A stretch of 64,000 bases of DNA from Guillardia theta CCMP2712 (GCF_000315625.1 NW_005434583.1:258776-322775); one strand, 5' to 3'. Shown: positions 12,480-26,148, numbered from the stretch's first letter. The notes: generated by a model not told the origin, from the letters alone. Numbers and translations are program-made.

Positions 12480-14903
12480 ATGGCCAAAGGTGAAGTCTCA
12501 CAGAGGTGCCTTGACATGAAATTTAGTTGACCACGTTCCTGCAGGCAGTCAGAACGGAAAGTCTCCGTATACCACCGCCTACTCCTATGAAGATCAGCCC
12601 ATCGGAACAGCGATCCCCTACACTCCACAGGTTCCAAACCCATTGCTGAAAGTGTCTTCATGACTTTGCTGTAACTCCTCCAGGCTCGGACTGTGGAAGC
12701 GGCGGGGGCGCCCTGTGAGTATCAGTTTGAGGTTGAGGTGTAGAGCTGACTCAGAGACTCAACAGCGCTCGGATTCAGATCACCTTCGGAGATGATCAAA
12801 CCCTATCCTGTCTCTGAGAAGCAGTCTCACAAGAATGCTGAAGTAAGTTTACAGCCTGCTGACAAACGTCTTACATCCTTGCGTCAGAGCCACGCTGCAG
12901 ACAAGAAGGCTGTCCCTCTGCCAAGTATGCGCTATTCCCCACGTCTTAAAGTCCTCACGCACCTCATCTCCAGCCCTTCCAAGACCTACTATCTCCGTCA
13001 CTGACATCCCCGGGGCGTCCGCGACTGTAATAACAGGATATTGGTTTACTCTTGGTATACTCACAAAGGGTTTCAGCCATTCAGGATAGGACATTCACTC
13101 TCCCTGTCTTCTAGTTCGATATTGAAACCGATCAAACCTCCGCATAACGAAGGGTGCTCTTGAGAGAGTGCTAGAGGGATGATGTTGACAGGCTAATGGT
13201 GCAGGGAATCCAATGTAATCATTGTAGAAAAGAAGAAAAAGCATGACGCTTATCTCCACTCGACTTTCCCAGGTCCTCACAAACGCTTCCTTGTAATTTT
13301 GAATGTCTTGACTTGCTCCTAGCATTTGTTACGTTTGCCGTCGGGCTCCTTTTCCCTCCCATCTTGCTTTTTGGATATCGTTTCGTGCGATCAGTCAATT
13401 ACCGTGCCAAGGTCCTCGGCGTGGCAAGTTTGTTTACCTTTCTTCTCTATTGTACAGCAGGAATCATAAGTGAGCATCTAAATCACTCTCGTTGCCGTGC
13501 TGACCCTAATGGGCTCTCAGTCTTCGCAAAGTTCTGGAGGAACGATTCTTGGGTACATCCTTTCTCCCCGATTGTCAGCGTGTTTCATTCAACATCACTC
13601 ACAGGACGGTTCCGACCCCAGCTGCATTCGGTACACCATGGGAAGGTTATTCGCAATCTGAGGAGGAGGAGGAGTCTGAACTTTGATACAGTTCCACCAA
13701 TTATTTGAGTGCGGAACTTGGGAGGTAATTGAGAGTGTTCATCTTCGATTGTTTCACTTTCCTCTTTGTTGAACTCATCGTGCTCGAATCAGTCCCATCA
13801 GCATTCAAGGCCTTGATCCCGGAGCCAAGACCCTGCAGAACATCAGCCTGTACACGGGTACAGCTCTTGCGCGTGTCTTCCTCGTCTCATCACCCGATGC
13901 GACAGTCAACTGCATGTTCATGGGCCAACTCATGGTGGCCGAGACAACGGCCGACAAAAATGCTCCCAAGGTTGTGAACGCGCGTAAGGAGACCAGTAGA
14001 GGGTGACGATGAACGGGCAGGTGCTGGTGGTCAGGATGGTCTCTCCAGGCAAGGCTAGTCAGTGCAAGAGGAGCATCTGACGTCGAGAGGACAGGAACTC
14101 AAGGCGACGACTTTGGCGTCTACGCAAGGAAGATTGACGCTAAGATCAGCCAGGCAGCGATAGGTTGCTCTCGCTCTCTTCATCTTTCCTACCTTACCTG
14201 CTTCTCCCAGGTGCCAAGGCGCCATCCCGTGCCTGGCTTGAGTACGCCTCCCCCTACTTGAGCAACCCCTGGCCGCAGGGCTCTGCATACTTCGGCACCA
14301 GCCAGCGCCCGCCATGCAACGAAGGTAAGCAGGCGAGCTGTGCTGCAATGACAAAGTTCTCACTCTTCTCCTGTTCGTTCTCCTCCTTAATCCTTTCCTC
14401 TCCCCCTCACACCTCTCTCTGTCCTGGCGACCTCTCCGCCACCCCCCCTTTGCTCTCCTCTCCCCAGGAATGTGCGACGGCGTCTATGGGCAGTCCCTGC
14501 CTGCGCTGGTGCGTCTTGTCCCCTTGAGGAGGACCTCAGCTGACTTGCTGTGCAGTCAGGATCGCAGTATGAGGTGAGGGTGGACTTCTCGTGGTATCGC
14601 TACTACGTCATCATCGGTTGCCAGTGCTCTCTTCCTCCTCCTCCCTGATGCTCCGCCTCAGGAGTCGTCGCAAAGACCAAGCAGGCACTCGAGCGGCCCT
14701 TCTGCGTAGATACTTGTGTGCTCAATTACGTCGAGTCACCGCCAGGTAGCGGCAAGTACGTGGACCCATGCGCAGGGGTCGAGCTGGTATCCCTTGCTTC
14801 CTCTCTCTCAGTCTTCTCATCACGACTGTCTTTCTCTCAGGCTGCCTGTCCCAACATCAACTGCGTCTTCGCCACCACTCGCGCTCAGTGTCTCGGAGGA
14901 TAA
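12480..14903 (+). CDS. Hypothetical multi-exon membrane protein (two-TM hairpin, Cys-rich C-terminus)
   Basis: Exon AFVTFAVGLLFPPILLFGYRF...VLGVASLFTFLLYCTAGII, many short GT-AG introns, terminal exon ...CPNINCVFATTRAQCLGG*. Confidence 0.5.
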
Positions 14904-15197
14904 GCCGGCGGCTCCGGGGCGGCCCTGCATACTACTGAATCAATCGAGTCCTCCTCAGAGAAGCTGATAGCAAAGGTCATCGGGCAGTTATTTCTTAACT
15001 AGTCTCTTCTGTTCTCTACATGAAAAATGAGTAAAAGTTTTACACGTATGTACACGCCTAAGACGCCGCCATCTCCTTCGCCCCCCCCGATCTTTCTTCG
15101 CTCCCCCGCTCGTTGCTGCTACCTCCCTCCTCCCTGCCTGCCCTCCTCCTCCTCCTCCTCCGCTTCGTCTCCTTCCTGCCGTTCAACAAGCCGCACG

Positions 15198-16773
15198 ATG
15201 ATGTACGCTTATCTGCTGCTTGCATCCTGTATTCTACCAGCACAGTCCATGGCTTTTGCGCCATCGGCGGTGTCAAGCTCGCTGGCCATCCCTGCTCTCA
15301 GGCCCACCGTAAATCACCGCAGCCGCTTCGTTTCCTCCTCTTCCTTGGCTGCTGCTCGCCGCTCTCCTATCTTGATGATGGCGACAGAAACTTCGACTGA
15401 GAGTGTTGCTGAGAGCACAGGGGTCTATGCATGCACTCAGTGCAGCTCTCCGATCAGTCTGGAGGAGTCGGAATGCAGGAACTGTGGAGCAGCGATCAAG
15501 CGCGAGGAGGTGGGATATGTTGATCTCACTCCTGAGTCCATGAAGAAGCGCAAAGTTTCAACCTCCTCTTCGTCCAGCTCGGATGAATCTTCCCCGGTTC
15601 AAACTCTCAGGCAGCTCGCAAACAACCCCTTGGTGTCTGCCTTCCTTGCTGGAGCAGGAGCGCAGATGGACGGTCAACCTTTGAGACAGGAGCTCTTCAG
15701 GACCCCTGTCGTCTCTTGGCTGTACGAAAGAGGCTGGAGGGCTGGGTTCGCGTCTGCCGGCTTTCCTGGTATCGAGAAGGAGTACGAGCTGGTGATGGAT
15801 TTCTTTCAGGGTATGAGAGCTTGCCGTTGGATGGTTGACAACACTGACGATTGAGGAGCAGAAGCACGAAACAAGACCGTCGTCGATCTCTCCTGTGGGT
15901 GAGTATGACTCCTGATGGCTGTGTGGATAGCTGACCGTGTTGTGCGTCAGATCCGGTCTCATGGTCCGAAGGCTGGCCAAGAGTCGCGCGTACTCCAAGG
16001 TATGCTGTGCTGTGCTGTGCTGTGCTGTGCTGTGCTGTGCTGTGCTGTGCTGTGCTGTGCACGCAAGGCGATGGGTGAGAGGCTGCAGGTGATCGCCGTG
16101 GACTACAGCGAGAACATGCTGGGAGAAGTCATCCAGAGGTGCGGATTGATTCTCGCCAAGGAAGATGAGTTGACCCGGTGCTGTAGGAAGAAGGAAGAGA
16201 ACTGCCCGGACTTTGACATCATCCGTGCGGATGTTGCGGTGAGTGTGGAGGTCGTGTCAAGGTTGACTATGCGTGACGTGGAATCCAGTCTCTCCCCTTC
16301 GTGGATGGATCGTTGGATGCAATTCACAGTGGTGAGCGCGCAGGGCGCACGTGGAGGCGACGTGGGTGATGAGGTTGGCAGGAGCGGCGCTCCACTGCTG
16401 GCCATACGTGCAGGACGGCCTCAAGGAAGTACACCGCGTTCTCAAGCCTGGCGGAAGATTCTTCGCTTCCACCTTCCTTTGGGGAGTCCCCGACGAGGTT
16501 AGCCTCGAACGCGCTGAACTCGGACTGATGATGATGGTGAATGAACAGGTGATCAGCTTGCAAGCGAACTTGGGCCCACGTCAGCGACAGTACCGATTCT
16601 TCAGTGTTGAGGTTGCCCTGATTGTTTCCGCTACCTTGAATGGTGTTCTCACGGCTCGGCTCTGACAGGAACTCGAATGGCTCATGCGAGGAGCAGGATT
16701 CAAGGACGTTAACGTCGAGCGCCGTGACAGATGCGCGCTGATCCGATGCAGGAAGGAAGAAGCGACTGTTTGA
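15198..16773 (+). CDS. Plastid-targeted class I SAM methyltransferase (Methyltransf_11, plant At2g41040/At1g78140-like)
   Basis: Signal peptide ending SMA-F, Ser/Arg-rich transit peptide, CxxC..CxxC, FRTPVVSWLYERGWR..GFPG, VVDLSCGSG, DYSENML, GAALHCWP and RVLKPGGRF. Confidence 0.88.
16003..16060 (+). repeat. (TGCTG)n microsatellite in an intron
   Basis: Perfect pentamer tandem array. Confidence 0.95.
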
Positions 16774-16913
16774 TGGTGTAGTCGAGAATGACGGCAAAGT
16801 CTGAGCAAGTCAGACCTTCTGTCTCGTGTTCTAGTGGTTGAGTGTAAAGTGGATCTTTGAAGAGATGGATTGGAGGAGACAGGTGTGTGTGTTCAGGGCT
16901 TCTTTGCCTTGTT

Positions 16914-17731
16914 CTACTTATCAGGGAAGGGAATATGATCCATAAGGTTGTGAGTGGCCTCTGGAATCGAGATAACCATCCCTTGCAGCTCATCTCGTAG
17001 CGCAACCTGACAGCCCAACCGCGAGGTATCGCAGGGCTCATACGCAAGATCAAGCATGTCCTGCAATCCTTGTAAGCACAAGTTGAACACGTCAAAGATT
17101 TACCTGTTCGGCAACCTCGGGGTATCCTACTTTCTCAATCCATGCTGGATCGACAATGACGTGGCAAGTCGAGCACGCCATAACACCGCTGCATGCACAC
17201 TCGATGTACTCCCCAAGAAGTTCCGCTCCTTTCCCTTCTCCATGCTGAGCTATCTCCCTGAGCGTCATTCCCTCCAGCCCTTCACATTCGAACTCAAAAG
17301 AAGCATGCGGCACCTGCCCAGGTCATCAGCAACGCTACACGGCAAGCTGGAGTTTCAAATCTCACCTTAACGAAGAATTTGACGTGTTTCTTTCCGTCCT
17401 TCGTCGCCATTTCAACTTCAACAGCTTTTGCCAGCGACACAAGTCCTCCGTCTTCTCCAACTTCCCATCGGCCAGCAAGCGAACGGATTGTTTCCATCAG
17501 GTTTGATCCAGAGCTTTTCACCGTGGAAATGATGCCTTCGACGACACGTGGTTCATACTTCAGCATTGCAAGAAATTCACGTGCCTGACTTTCTTCGCTT
17601 TGCTTTGCAGTCAGTGAGAATTTCCGGTGAGCGATCCAGAGATGATTGTAACATCTATGCCAGAGAAGCCCGGGAGGGAACGTGCGCTGCTGTGAAGAAG
17701 GCGCTGGGTACGTTGGCGAAGTTCCTGCCAT
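16914..17731 (-). CDS. Adrenodoxin-type [2Fe-2S] ferredoxin with an N-terminal extension (probably mitochondrial)
   Basis: ECACSGVMACSTCHVIV and DMLDLAYEPCDTSRLGCQV across two introns. Start codon uncertain. Confidence 0.88.
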
Positions 17732-18099
17732 GTGCGAGTAGAAGCAACGAAAATACGAGTTGAAAGATGATGATCTCTTAGAGGAAAGACTGATTCGAGT
17801 GCTGAATGGGGATGAGAGTAAAAATGTCGTGGGACTAGGAAGGCGTGACCCCCGTTGAGCCAACCATCGGGGCAAACTTGAGGACCTGCTAGGGTTCATG
17901 TTGTTTCCTGAATAGAGGAGGAGAGAGAAGGGGGGATTGGAGAGCTAGTGCACATGATGCTTGTCTTAGACTTGGCGAGAGAGAACACGGCATAGGCCCT
18001 GGCTTTCTCCATCGCACGCTGCCACTCCCCGGCAGACATGGCAAGCACCTCCTTGCGGGCTGAAAGATGGTAGACCGTATTGCGAAACCTGAAAAGATG

Positions 18100-19050
18100 G
18101 TAGACCAGAGCCAAGTAATTTTTGGGTGGGGCAGGGTGGGGGCAATCTGGGGGAGTAAGGGGTGGAATCCCCTGATCTTGATGAGGGTGGGTGGTACTCA
18201 ACTGGAATGTAGGGGTGAAATTTCATTACGAAAGGAGGGGTGAGGCAGGGACATGGGAGATAGAATGGTACCAATCAGCTTCGGCAGGGGTGGGTGGGTG
18301 GGTTGAAAGGGCAGGGGTACTCCAGAGCTGTCGTGTGTATATCTCAGGACGTAGTTCATTTTAATTATAAAATAGTTATAGCGATCTGGTGGTAGGGGTG
18401 GGCTGGTCGTGCAGAGTGGGGATTAGACCGGGGTACTACGAAGAGCTTGAAAGTGATTGAAAACGAGGGGTGGCGGGTGGACGTGAGGGGTGGGTGTCCG
18501 TGCTAGGGGTGGGTTCACAGGGTGAAAAATTATAGTATGGGTTTGAGTAAAGAGGGTTGGGTGGGGTCCGTACGAGGGATAGTTATTAGTCAACATGTAT
18601 CTTGGTAGGGGTAAACTTTTAGTGAGCAGGGGTAGGGGAATTCCAGAAAGGGGTGGGGGTACAAAGACGGGACGTGGACGAGCTGGACGGGTTTGAATGG
18701 TAGGGTGGTATGCTTGTAAAGGCTGAACGACTTAGGAAGAGTTCTTTGAAATTTTATGAAAGGGGTGTTCACCCCATGCAAAGAATTTGGAAAAGACTAA
18801 GGGGTGGGTGGTGAAGAATCTTGAACGAGAGTTGTGGGTAGCGGGTTACTAAAAGCACGCCTGTCTGCTGTGAGGGTGGGGTACTGTAATTTATTTGATA
18901 CGGTATGTTCTTTGGGATGGGGTGGGTCGTACAAGGGGTGGGTAGATTGGACTGAAGGGGATGGAGTGATAACTTGTTTTTTTTTCATTCTTGAGTCGGT
19001 TAGGCGGAATTTCGCAGCATGGCGTGTTTGAGTGGGCGATTAGGGGGTGG
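18100..19050 (+). other. Intergenic G-skewed tract rich in GGGTGG/GGGGTA words
   Basis: Many ggggtggg/aggggtag motifs and no credible ORF. Confidence 0.6.
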
Positions 19051-19089
19051 CAGAGGAGAAGGGAGGGAAGGAGAGAGAACAGACGACTG

Positions 19090-21957
19090 CATGGGAACCT
19101 ATACTATCCATTAGAACAGCGCAGCAAAACACCAGTTCCATTCGAGGTGACTCAGACGAAGAATAGTGCGTGCAGCGATTGACACTTCCATAACTAAGTT
19201 GCTCGGCATAGGGAAAGTTTGCTGAGCATAGGGATAGTTTGCTACTGGAAGGTAGGATGAACGTGTAAAACAGAAAGACAGGAAAATATCGCATCATGAC
19301 TTCCGATTCAATGGCGTGTGACGAAATCAGCGAGAAACCCTTCTGATCCATCTCAACCACAATCATCATCCGCTCAGATGTGCTACTTGGAATATCACAA
19401 ATTTTCATTTGAGTCTGTGAGATATGATATTCCATGACAGCTTTCTCACCTGATGAGATGAATTGTTCTTGATTTTCTGTGACACATGTTTAATGAATCT
19501 TCGATGAACTTAGATCACTCTTGCATGTTCTGACACTTTTTTTTGAATAGTTTGTCGTGAACATGGATTCAAGATAACTGTTAATCAACTTGTCCCCGTC
19601 TTGAAGATGGATGATAATGTGAACAGGTAAATTTGACTTTGGATTGAATTTACAACGTGACTTGAACTTCCCAGAATGGATCTTCCAGGTTTTGTCCATA
19701 GGACAAATGGTATGATCAAGTTGTCCTGCCTTTTTTCTACCTTGAAATCTTGTTCTGCCTATTACTTGCAAACTTTGATTGCTTTTATTTACAAGGTGAG
19801 GAGCACGATGTTGCAAAACCACACGCTCAGCCGCCAGTGAGGAGAAAGCTTGCTCCGATAGGAAATCCCCTGCTGCGTCCTTTACCTAGGTTGCTTCAGA
19901 AGATGCGAATCGTTTTCTGACTCAAATTCGCATTAGAGAGAAAAGCTCCGATGAAGCACCGGAAGGATCAAACAGTTTGCAATCGCACATAAGGCAGGAC
20001 CTTTAATGATAAAACATGATTTGACAAACATTTCAGACAAATTGTACAGGAGGAAATAGCGAAAGCTCTGTCAAACGTTAGTTTGATTTATTGCAGAATT
20101 TACATGCAAGCATTTATGCAACCCTTTGCAGTATGGTACTTCACTGATACTTCATGGGAACGGAGGTTCGAGACAAGCTACACCGGTTTCCCTTGACTTG
20201 TTTAAATTGAAGCTATGCTGATACCTAACTGTAGAGTTCGCAAAATAGCATTGAGAAATGGGACGATGAGAGGCTCAGCGTTCCTAACTTGGACAGAATC
20301 GCATCAGTTGGCAAGTATGATGGCTGGCATTGTTCAAATTCACCAATTGTGAACGTTTCTCTGAATCAGCAATATGGATACAAGAAAAATGCATTTCCCC
20401 GATTCTTTGTGGAGCAAAGGCGGCCGTAGGAGGACAAGTGTGGTGAACGACAATTCATCTATGGAAGCTTATTCATTGGACAAGGTGGGTGTAGTGATAA
20501 AATTGAATGTAAAGTGCCAGGTCATGTGAACGTTATCCGTCAGGTCGAACAAGTGGCGGATGATGAAATCGAAGAAAGGTTTTGGCTTCCAGTGGTAATC
20601 AGTTTTCGATTTGGATGTTTCATTACGGGATACTGACCTTGTCAAAAGACTGAAAATGCATATGGAGCCTTCATACATACAGCATTGCAGGTCAACTCAA
20701 ATTCGATATAAGTCCTATTGAATTACTCTCTTGCCAGACAAACGTGCTCCGAGCCATATTGTTTTGTGGTCCAATGTTAACAGCCTCGGTTGTCTTGCAA
20801 GTGATGCTATCTTTCTCGATCTGAATGACTAGATTAGCTCAAGTATTCTGCAGTTGATCTTCTCTCTTGAGCTTCTTTTGGCTCTACCATCCATCCAACA
20901 ACAAAAACAGTGAATTTGCCTTCAAAGTTAGATGTCAGAGAGCTAAATCTTCATGTCAGGGAATCTTGTACGAATTCCGGAACACTTATTGATTGTGTTC
21001 AACCCCTTTGTCATATTCCTTCACCATTGCAGATCGCGGCGGTATTCTGCCTTATGCTTAAAGGATGTCTGATAAGTTTTCAGCTCGGAGTTTTCATCAT
21101 TCTTATGTTCAACAATGTCCCAAACATGTACAGACATGCTCAAATGGCTCTCATGACCACTCGTTGGAAAAATGGCACCGGGCAGATCATGCAAATAGAA
21201 AAACGTTGATCATCGCCTTCGTTTGCACTTTTTCTGACAATTTCTGCAGCACTTGGCTCCCGAATGATTATCTTCATCTTGGGTGTATGGACAGAAGTGG
21301 TCACCTTCTCTGCGATTCTAATCTCTGGGTACGTTGATGCGTATTTGACGTTTGTCTTGACGGCTTCGGCCAGATCCCTCTTTATCATCACCGCAAAGAC
21401 GGTAGACCTTGTGATCAGATCGACGGTGCAAGTCATGCTTTGCTGCTCCCTTTTATCTCATGTGCACGATTTTGTTCCGCAGGTCGCGATCATGTTTGTT
21501 CAGAATGTGGACGAAGTAGTTTTCGGTCTCATTCCCTTCCTTTGTGTATTGGTGACGAACCTCTGAGATTCTGACTCTCTTGGTGAAAGATGCGTGTTGC
21601 CCTCAAGAAATCACGCAGGAAGTTGGCTCAACAAGGTTTGCTGAGCTCCTTGGATGCATTGCTTCTGACCTGGCCTGGCAGGTATCGGGTGAAGTGGCTA
21701 GTCTTGATTCCTATGATGCCGCAAGATTTATCGATCAGCTTGGAGTATTATTATGGCAAGCATATCTGGCCAATCTGCTTGATTTCTGATTCCCGGAATG
21801 CAGGATTGTTTTTTCACCTTCCGTTCGTGTTCATCATCACAGTCTGCGTTGTTTTCACGATTCGATGGATTGGCCCAGGTCAGTGAGAGGTTGGTCTCAC
21901 AGGCTGTCTAATGCTTCACTTCCAGTTCCTTGCAATGATGTGTGGTGGGGTCTGTAG
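19090..21957 (+). CDS. Hypothetical intron-rich protein with a multi-pass membrane C-terminal region
   Basis: Hydrophobic exons (LQLGVFIILMF-like, MIIFILGVWTEVVTFSAILISG, VAIMFVQNVDEVVF, FFHLPFVFIITVCVVFTIRW). 5' end uncertain. Confidence 0.45.
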
Positions 21958-22129
21958 GGCACATTCAGCGCCCGACACACTTCAACACACTTCATTCATG
22001 TAAATACAAGTGAAGATGCCCGTCAGTTTCGCTACAAACAGATGCTCATCAGCTTTTTTTGACCTTTTTGGCTTCGGAACTTCCTTGTGACATAAAACTG
22101 CAACCAGCGGACTGACTCGCCCTACTCCT

Positions 22130-22465
22130 AGACGTGACTGAATCATACTTCTGCGGAGAGCTTGAGTCACCGTGAATCATCATGGCATGTTAGCCCTAGT
22201 AGGCGTTCACAGACTCCTCAGTCAGTGACGCTGACTCAGTGAGTGACCGTGAGCCGGGGGGCGGCCGCCCGGGCCGGCGGCGGCGGCCGCCGGCCCGGCC
22301 CGGGCGGCCGCCGGGCACCGTCGAGTCACTGCCGAGTCACACGGTTCACCGGCGCTCAGCCTGGCACGGCCCAGTGTACGTCGGGTCGGGTCGGATCACG
22401 GATCGAACTCTGGCCGGGCGGGGCCGGCCGGCGGCCCCCGCGGCCGGCGGCGGGCCTGCGGCCAA
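22130..22465. repeat. Intergenic GC-rich palindromic-word island 2
   Basis: Runs of ggcggccgcccgggccggc plus repeated GAGTCAC/TGACTCA/CAGTGAC. Confidence 0.65.
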
Positions 22466-23112
22466 AAACCCAATGCCACCGAAACGTATTTCGTAACGGT
22501 GTAAGTCCTTAACGGTTTGTAACGGTGAAGACGCGCTGCAGCTGAGGGCAACATGGCGGGAGAGCAGAAACAGCGCGCGATGTCTTTCCCTCCTCCTCCT
22601 CCTCCATGCCTCCTGTGCTATGCTGACATCATCCAATACCTGCTTGATCTCCTTCCTTCCGTCCTGTTGCAACCCTCCTGTGGCCTTGGACTCTTTCTCC
22701 TTCCCTCTTCTGCTACCCCCCTCCTTCCAGCTGATTGTCTTGCTCATCGTAGTTTTACCCTTCTCAAGATCCCGAATTTGATCATCACCAATCTGCATGG
22801 CTGACTTCAACCTGCATGAAAGTATCCTGCCTTCCTTGGTGCAACTGCTGAGGGTTGGAAGGATTAGCGAAGCAAGCGAGAAGAGAGTATTGATGGGCAG
22901 GAGTTGTTAAGAACGAACACAACAGCTCGATTGATTCCTTGCAAGAGCGCAAGATGTAATATGGAGATAGTTGATGATAGTTTGAGCATAATGACGGAAA
23001 GAGACACACCTGAAATGATACCTGGAATAATATTTGATGATCAACCTTTCCCAACTGAATCAAAATTTGTTTCAAAGATAGTAGGGTGAAAAGTGATCCG
23101 CGAGACGTGAAG

Positions 23113-26100
23113 ATGTCAAAAGCTTGCGGTGAATTTCTCATTCTTTCTTGGTTCCTCGCTCTTGCTGTAGTATCGTCACAGGTCTGCAAGAACTTCGCCT
23201 AAGAGATCCTGCTTGACCATTTAACACGCAGAGTACAAAGTACCAGAAGGGCGACCCAGTCCCGTTGTTTGCCAACAAGGTCTATCGTGATGTTGTAGGT
23301 TTGTTAGGCAAGTAGACTGACCATGTGTGCATCGGAATAGGTGGGACCTTTCGCGAATCCAAGCGAGCAATATGAATACTACACCTTGCCTTTTTGTGCT
23401 CCACGTGAGGAGTTCAGAAAGAGTCAACATCTTGGCGAAGTGCTTGCTGGGGATCGAATGATGAAGACTCTCTTCACTCTTCCCTTTCTTGGTGATGAAC
23501 ATCATCCTGCATGAGCCTTTATGTTGCTCACTGTATATGCAGTTCCCTTTGAAAGCAAGAAATTGTGCTCGTACAAGTTGTCCAGAAAGGACATCGAAGC
23601 ATTTCAACGTGCAATTGATGATGATTACTATTTTGAATTCATCTATGGTGAACATACGTCATTGTGGCTATCTGGTGCTGAGTGCTTGTGACAGATGACC
23701 TTCCGCTTTGGGGATTCATTGGTGAAAAGGAAACGAATCTTGTTGATGGACAAAATGTCACGTAAGTGAAGTGCCTTCTGATCCTATTCATGGAGAATTG
23801 ATTTGAGCGTGACAGGTCATACTTCCTTTTCACTAATTACATCTTTTCGATGGCATACAATAATGATGGTCAGGTAAAGCAGATGTGAAGACTCGACAAG
23901 AAAACACCACCAACCCTTCCTTGACAGATCGTGGAAGTGAATTGGGAACATGATCCAAACAATCGCCTCGACATATCGGATTCCACTGAGGTTCTCGACA
24001 AAAGTTGGGGGTGAGAGAACAAGGAGCTGACAAATCTTCCTTCCAGTCTCGTCCAATCTCCTTCTATTACTCCGCTCGTTGGTCCAAGTCGCATCTCCCA
24101 AGGTGCTGAGCCGTCCGTTGCTTCCTGTCTCACATCGCTCACACGATCGACTTTGACTAGTCGTGACCACGTGGAGCAACCGTCGCCTCAGCACCTGGAG
24201 ATTCGATGGTTCTCAATCTTCAACTCCATCGTAAGTGAAGATTTGTCACCCTGGACCTGGGATCTGATACATCTTTTCAGGTCACTGTTCTCCTCTTGAC
24301 CGGATTCCTTGCAACCATTCTTGTCCGCGTGCTGAAGAATGACTTCTTGCGCTATTCGCGAATGGACGAAGAGGATCATGGTTGGATTTCTGTTTCTCTC
24401 ACTGCGCAAGACGCCTTCATTGACACGTGACAGCAGAAGCTGAAGAGAGCGGGTGGAAACTTGTTCACGGAGATGTGTTTCGATATCCTCCCCAAAAAGA
24501 GCTCTTCTGCGCGATTCTAGGTCTTTCTTTCTCTGTGAAGACATCACAGCACGCGTTTGAAGATGATACAGGAAACGGGACGCAGCTTCTCTGCCTGTGC
24601 ATCGGAATTCTCTTCCTTGCATGCTTGGGAGTCTACAGGTTGTGACGGATGACAGTGCTCAAAGCACAATCAGAGGTTCAGACGACTGACATCCACACAG
24701 CCAGTACAACCGAGGAGCGTTGTTTGTCGCAGCTCTCTTCATCTTTGCGTTCACGTCTGGTGCTGCGATAGTCTCTCATCATTGAAGGGCTTATGACTTT
24801 TTTCAGGCATCAACGGGTATGTCAATGGGAATATGTACGCGAAGCTTGAGGGATCAAACTGGTAATACATCTCAAGGATCAAGGGTACTTGCTCATGATG
24901 GTGGAAGGGTATGGAGCTTGATCTATGGGTACTTCCTGTTCTTGGGTCCCTTTTTTGTTGTGGGTAAGCGTTTCTCGTTTGCTTTTCAAGCTTCCAATTG
25001 TGATTGCAGCTACATTCTTGAACTTTGTGGCTGTCTCGTACAATTCCTCGACGGCTCTTCCTTTTGGAACCATCGTGATTATCCTCCTCATCCTCACCCT
25101 CGGTTCTCTTCCCCTTGCAAGGGCCTTATCTAATCATTTATCACAGTGAGCTTCCCTCTCAATGTCATCGGAGGGATTTCTGGGAGGAATTTTTCTAGTC
25201 CCATGGATGCCCCTTGCAGGTATGGGGTCCTGATGCGACTTGGCTTCTGATCTTCGACAGAACGACCAAGATGCCTCGGGAGATTCCTCCCCTCCCATGG
25301 TGAACTTGACGTTCTCGGTCTGTGATAGAGTTTTCACCGGCCGTACAGGCACAGGAAAGCTCCTTGGCAGATCTTGATGGCTGGATTTCTTCCTTTTAGG
25401 TACTCTTCTTCTCTGCCGACTCGTTGTTCACTTCTCGTTCCAGTGCCATCTACATCGAGCTCTACTACGTGTTCGCGTCTGTCTGGGGCCACCAGTTGTA
25501 CTCCTTGTACGGCATCTTGACACTGGCAAGTTGCCTGCTCCTTGGGCAAGCCTGACCTTGTTGGTCAGGTTTTCATTATCCTCCTTGTCGTAACGGCTTT
25601 CATAACGATCGCTCTGACCTACTTCCAACTTGCGATCGAAGACCATCAGTGGTGGTGGCGTAAGTCGTCGCCTCCTCTGAACCCCGCTGTCTTATGCTCT
25701 CCTTCATTTCCACCCCCTTCGCTTCTTCCTCGTCATCCCATCGTCGCGTCTCCTCCTCTCATCACTTTACTACTCTCAGGCTCGATCTTCAGCGGAGGCT
25801 CAACCGGAATCTTCATATTTGTCTACTGTATATATTGTGAGCGCGACCTCCTACTTCGTCTTTGCTGTCTCCCTCGTACTGACTCGATGAACAGACTTTA
25901 AGTTCAAAGCGAGGATGTCAGGTGTGTTTCGGAGGGTAGGAAGGGCTTGTAACACAATTTCAGGTTTCATGCAAACTTCTTTCTTCTTCGGGTACATGGG
26001 CGTCGCGTGCTACGGCGCGTGGCTTCTTCTCGGTGCTTAGTTTCCTCCTACTCAGTGGTGGGGTGACGCAGCGCTTGCAGGATCCGTCGGGTTCTTTTCC

Positions 26101-26148
26101 TCCTTCTACTTCGTCCGTTACATTTACAAGAACATCAAGTGCGAGTAG
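23113..26148 (+). CDS. Transmembrane 9 superfamily (nonaspanin/EMP70, TM9SF1-like) protein
   Basis: Signal peptide, YQKGDPVPLFANK/VGPFANPSEQYEYYTLPFC, DDLPLWGFIG, HLEIRWFSIFNS, EESGWKLVHGDVFR, AGFLPF, AIYIELYY and C-terminal IYKNIKCE* (KxD/E). Confidence 0.95.
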
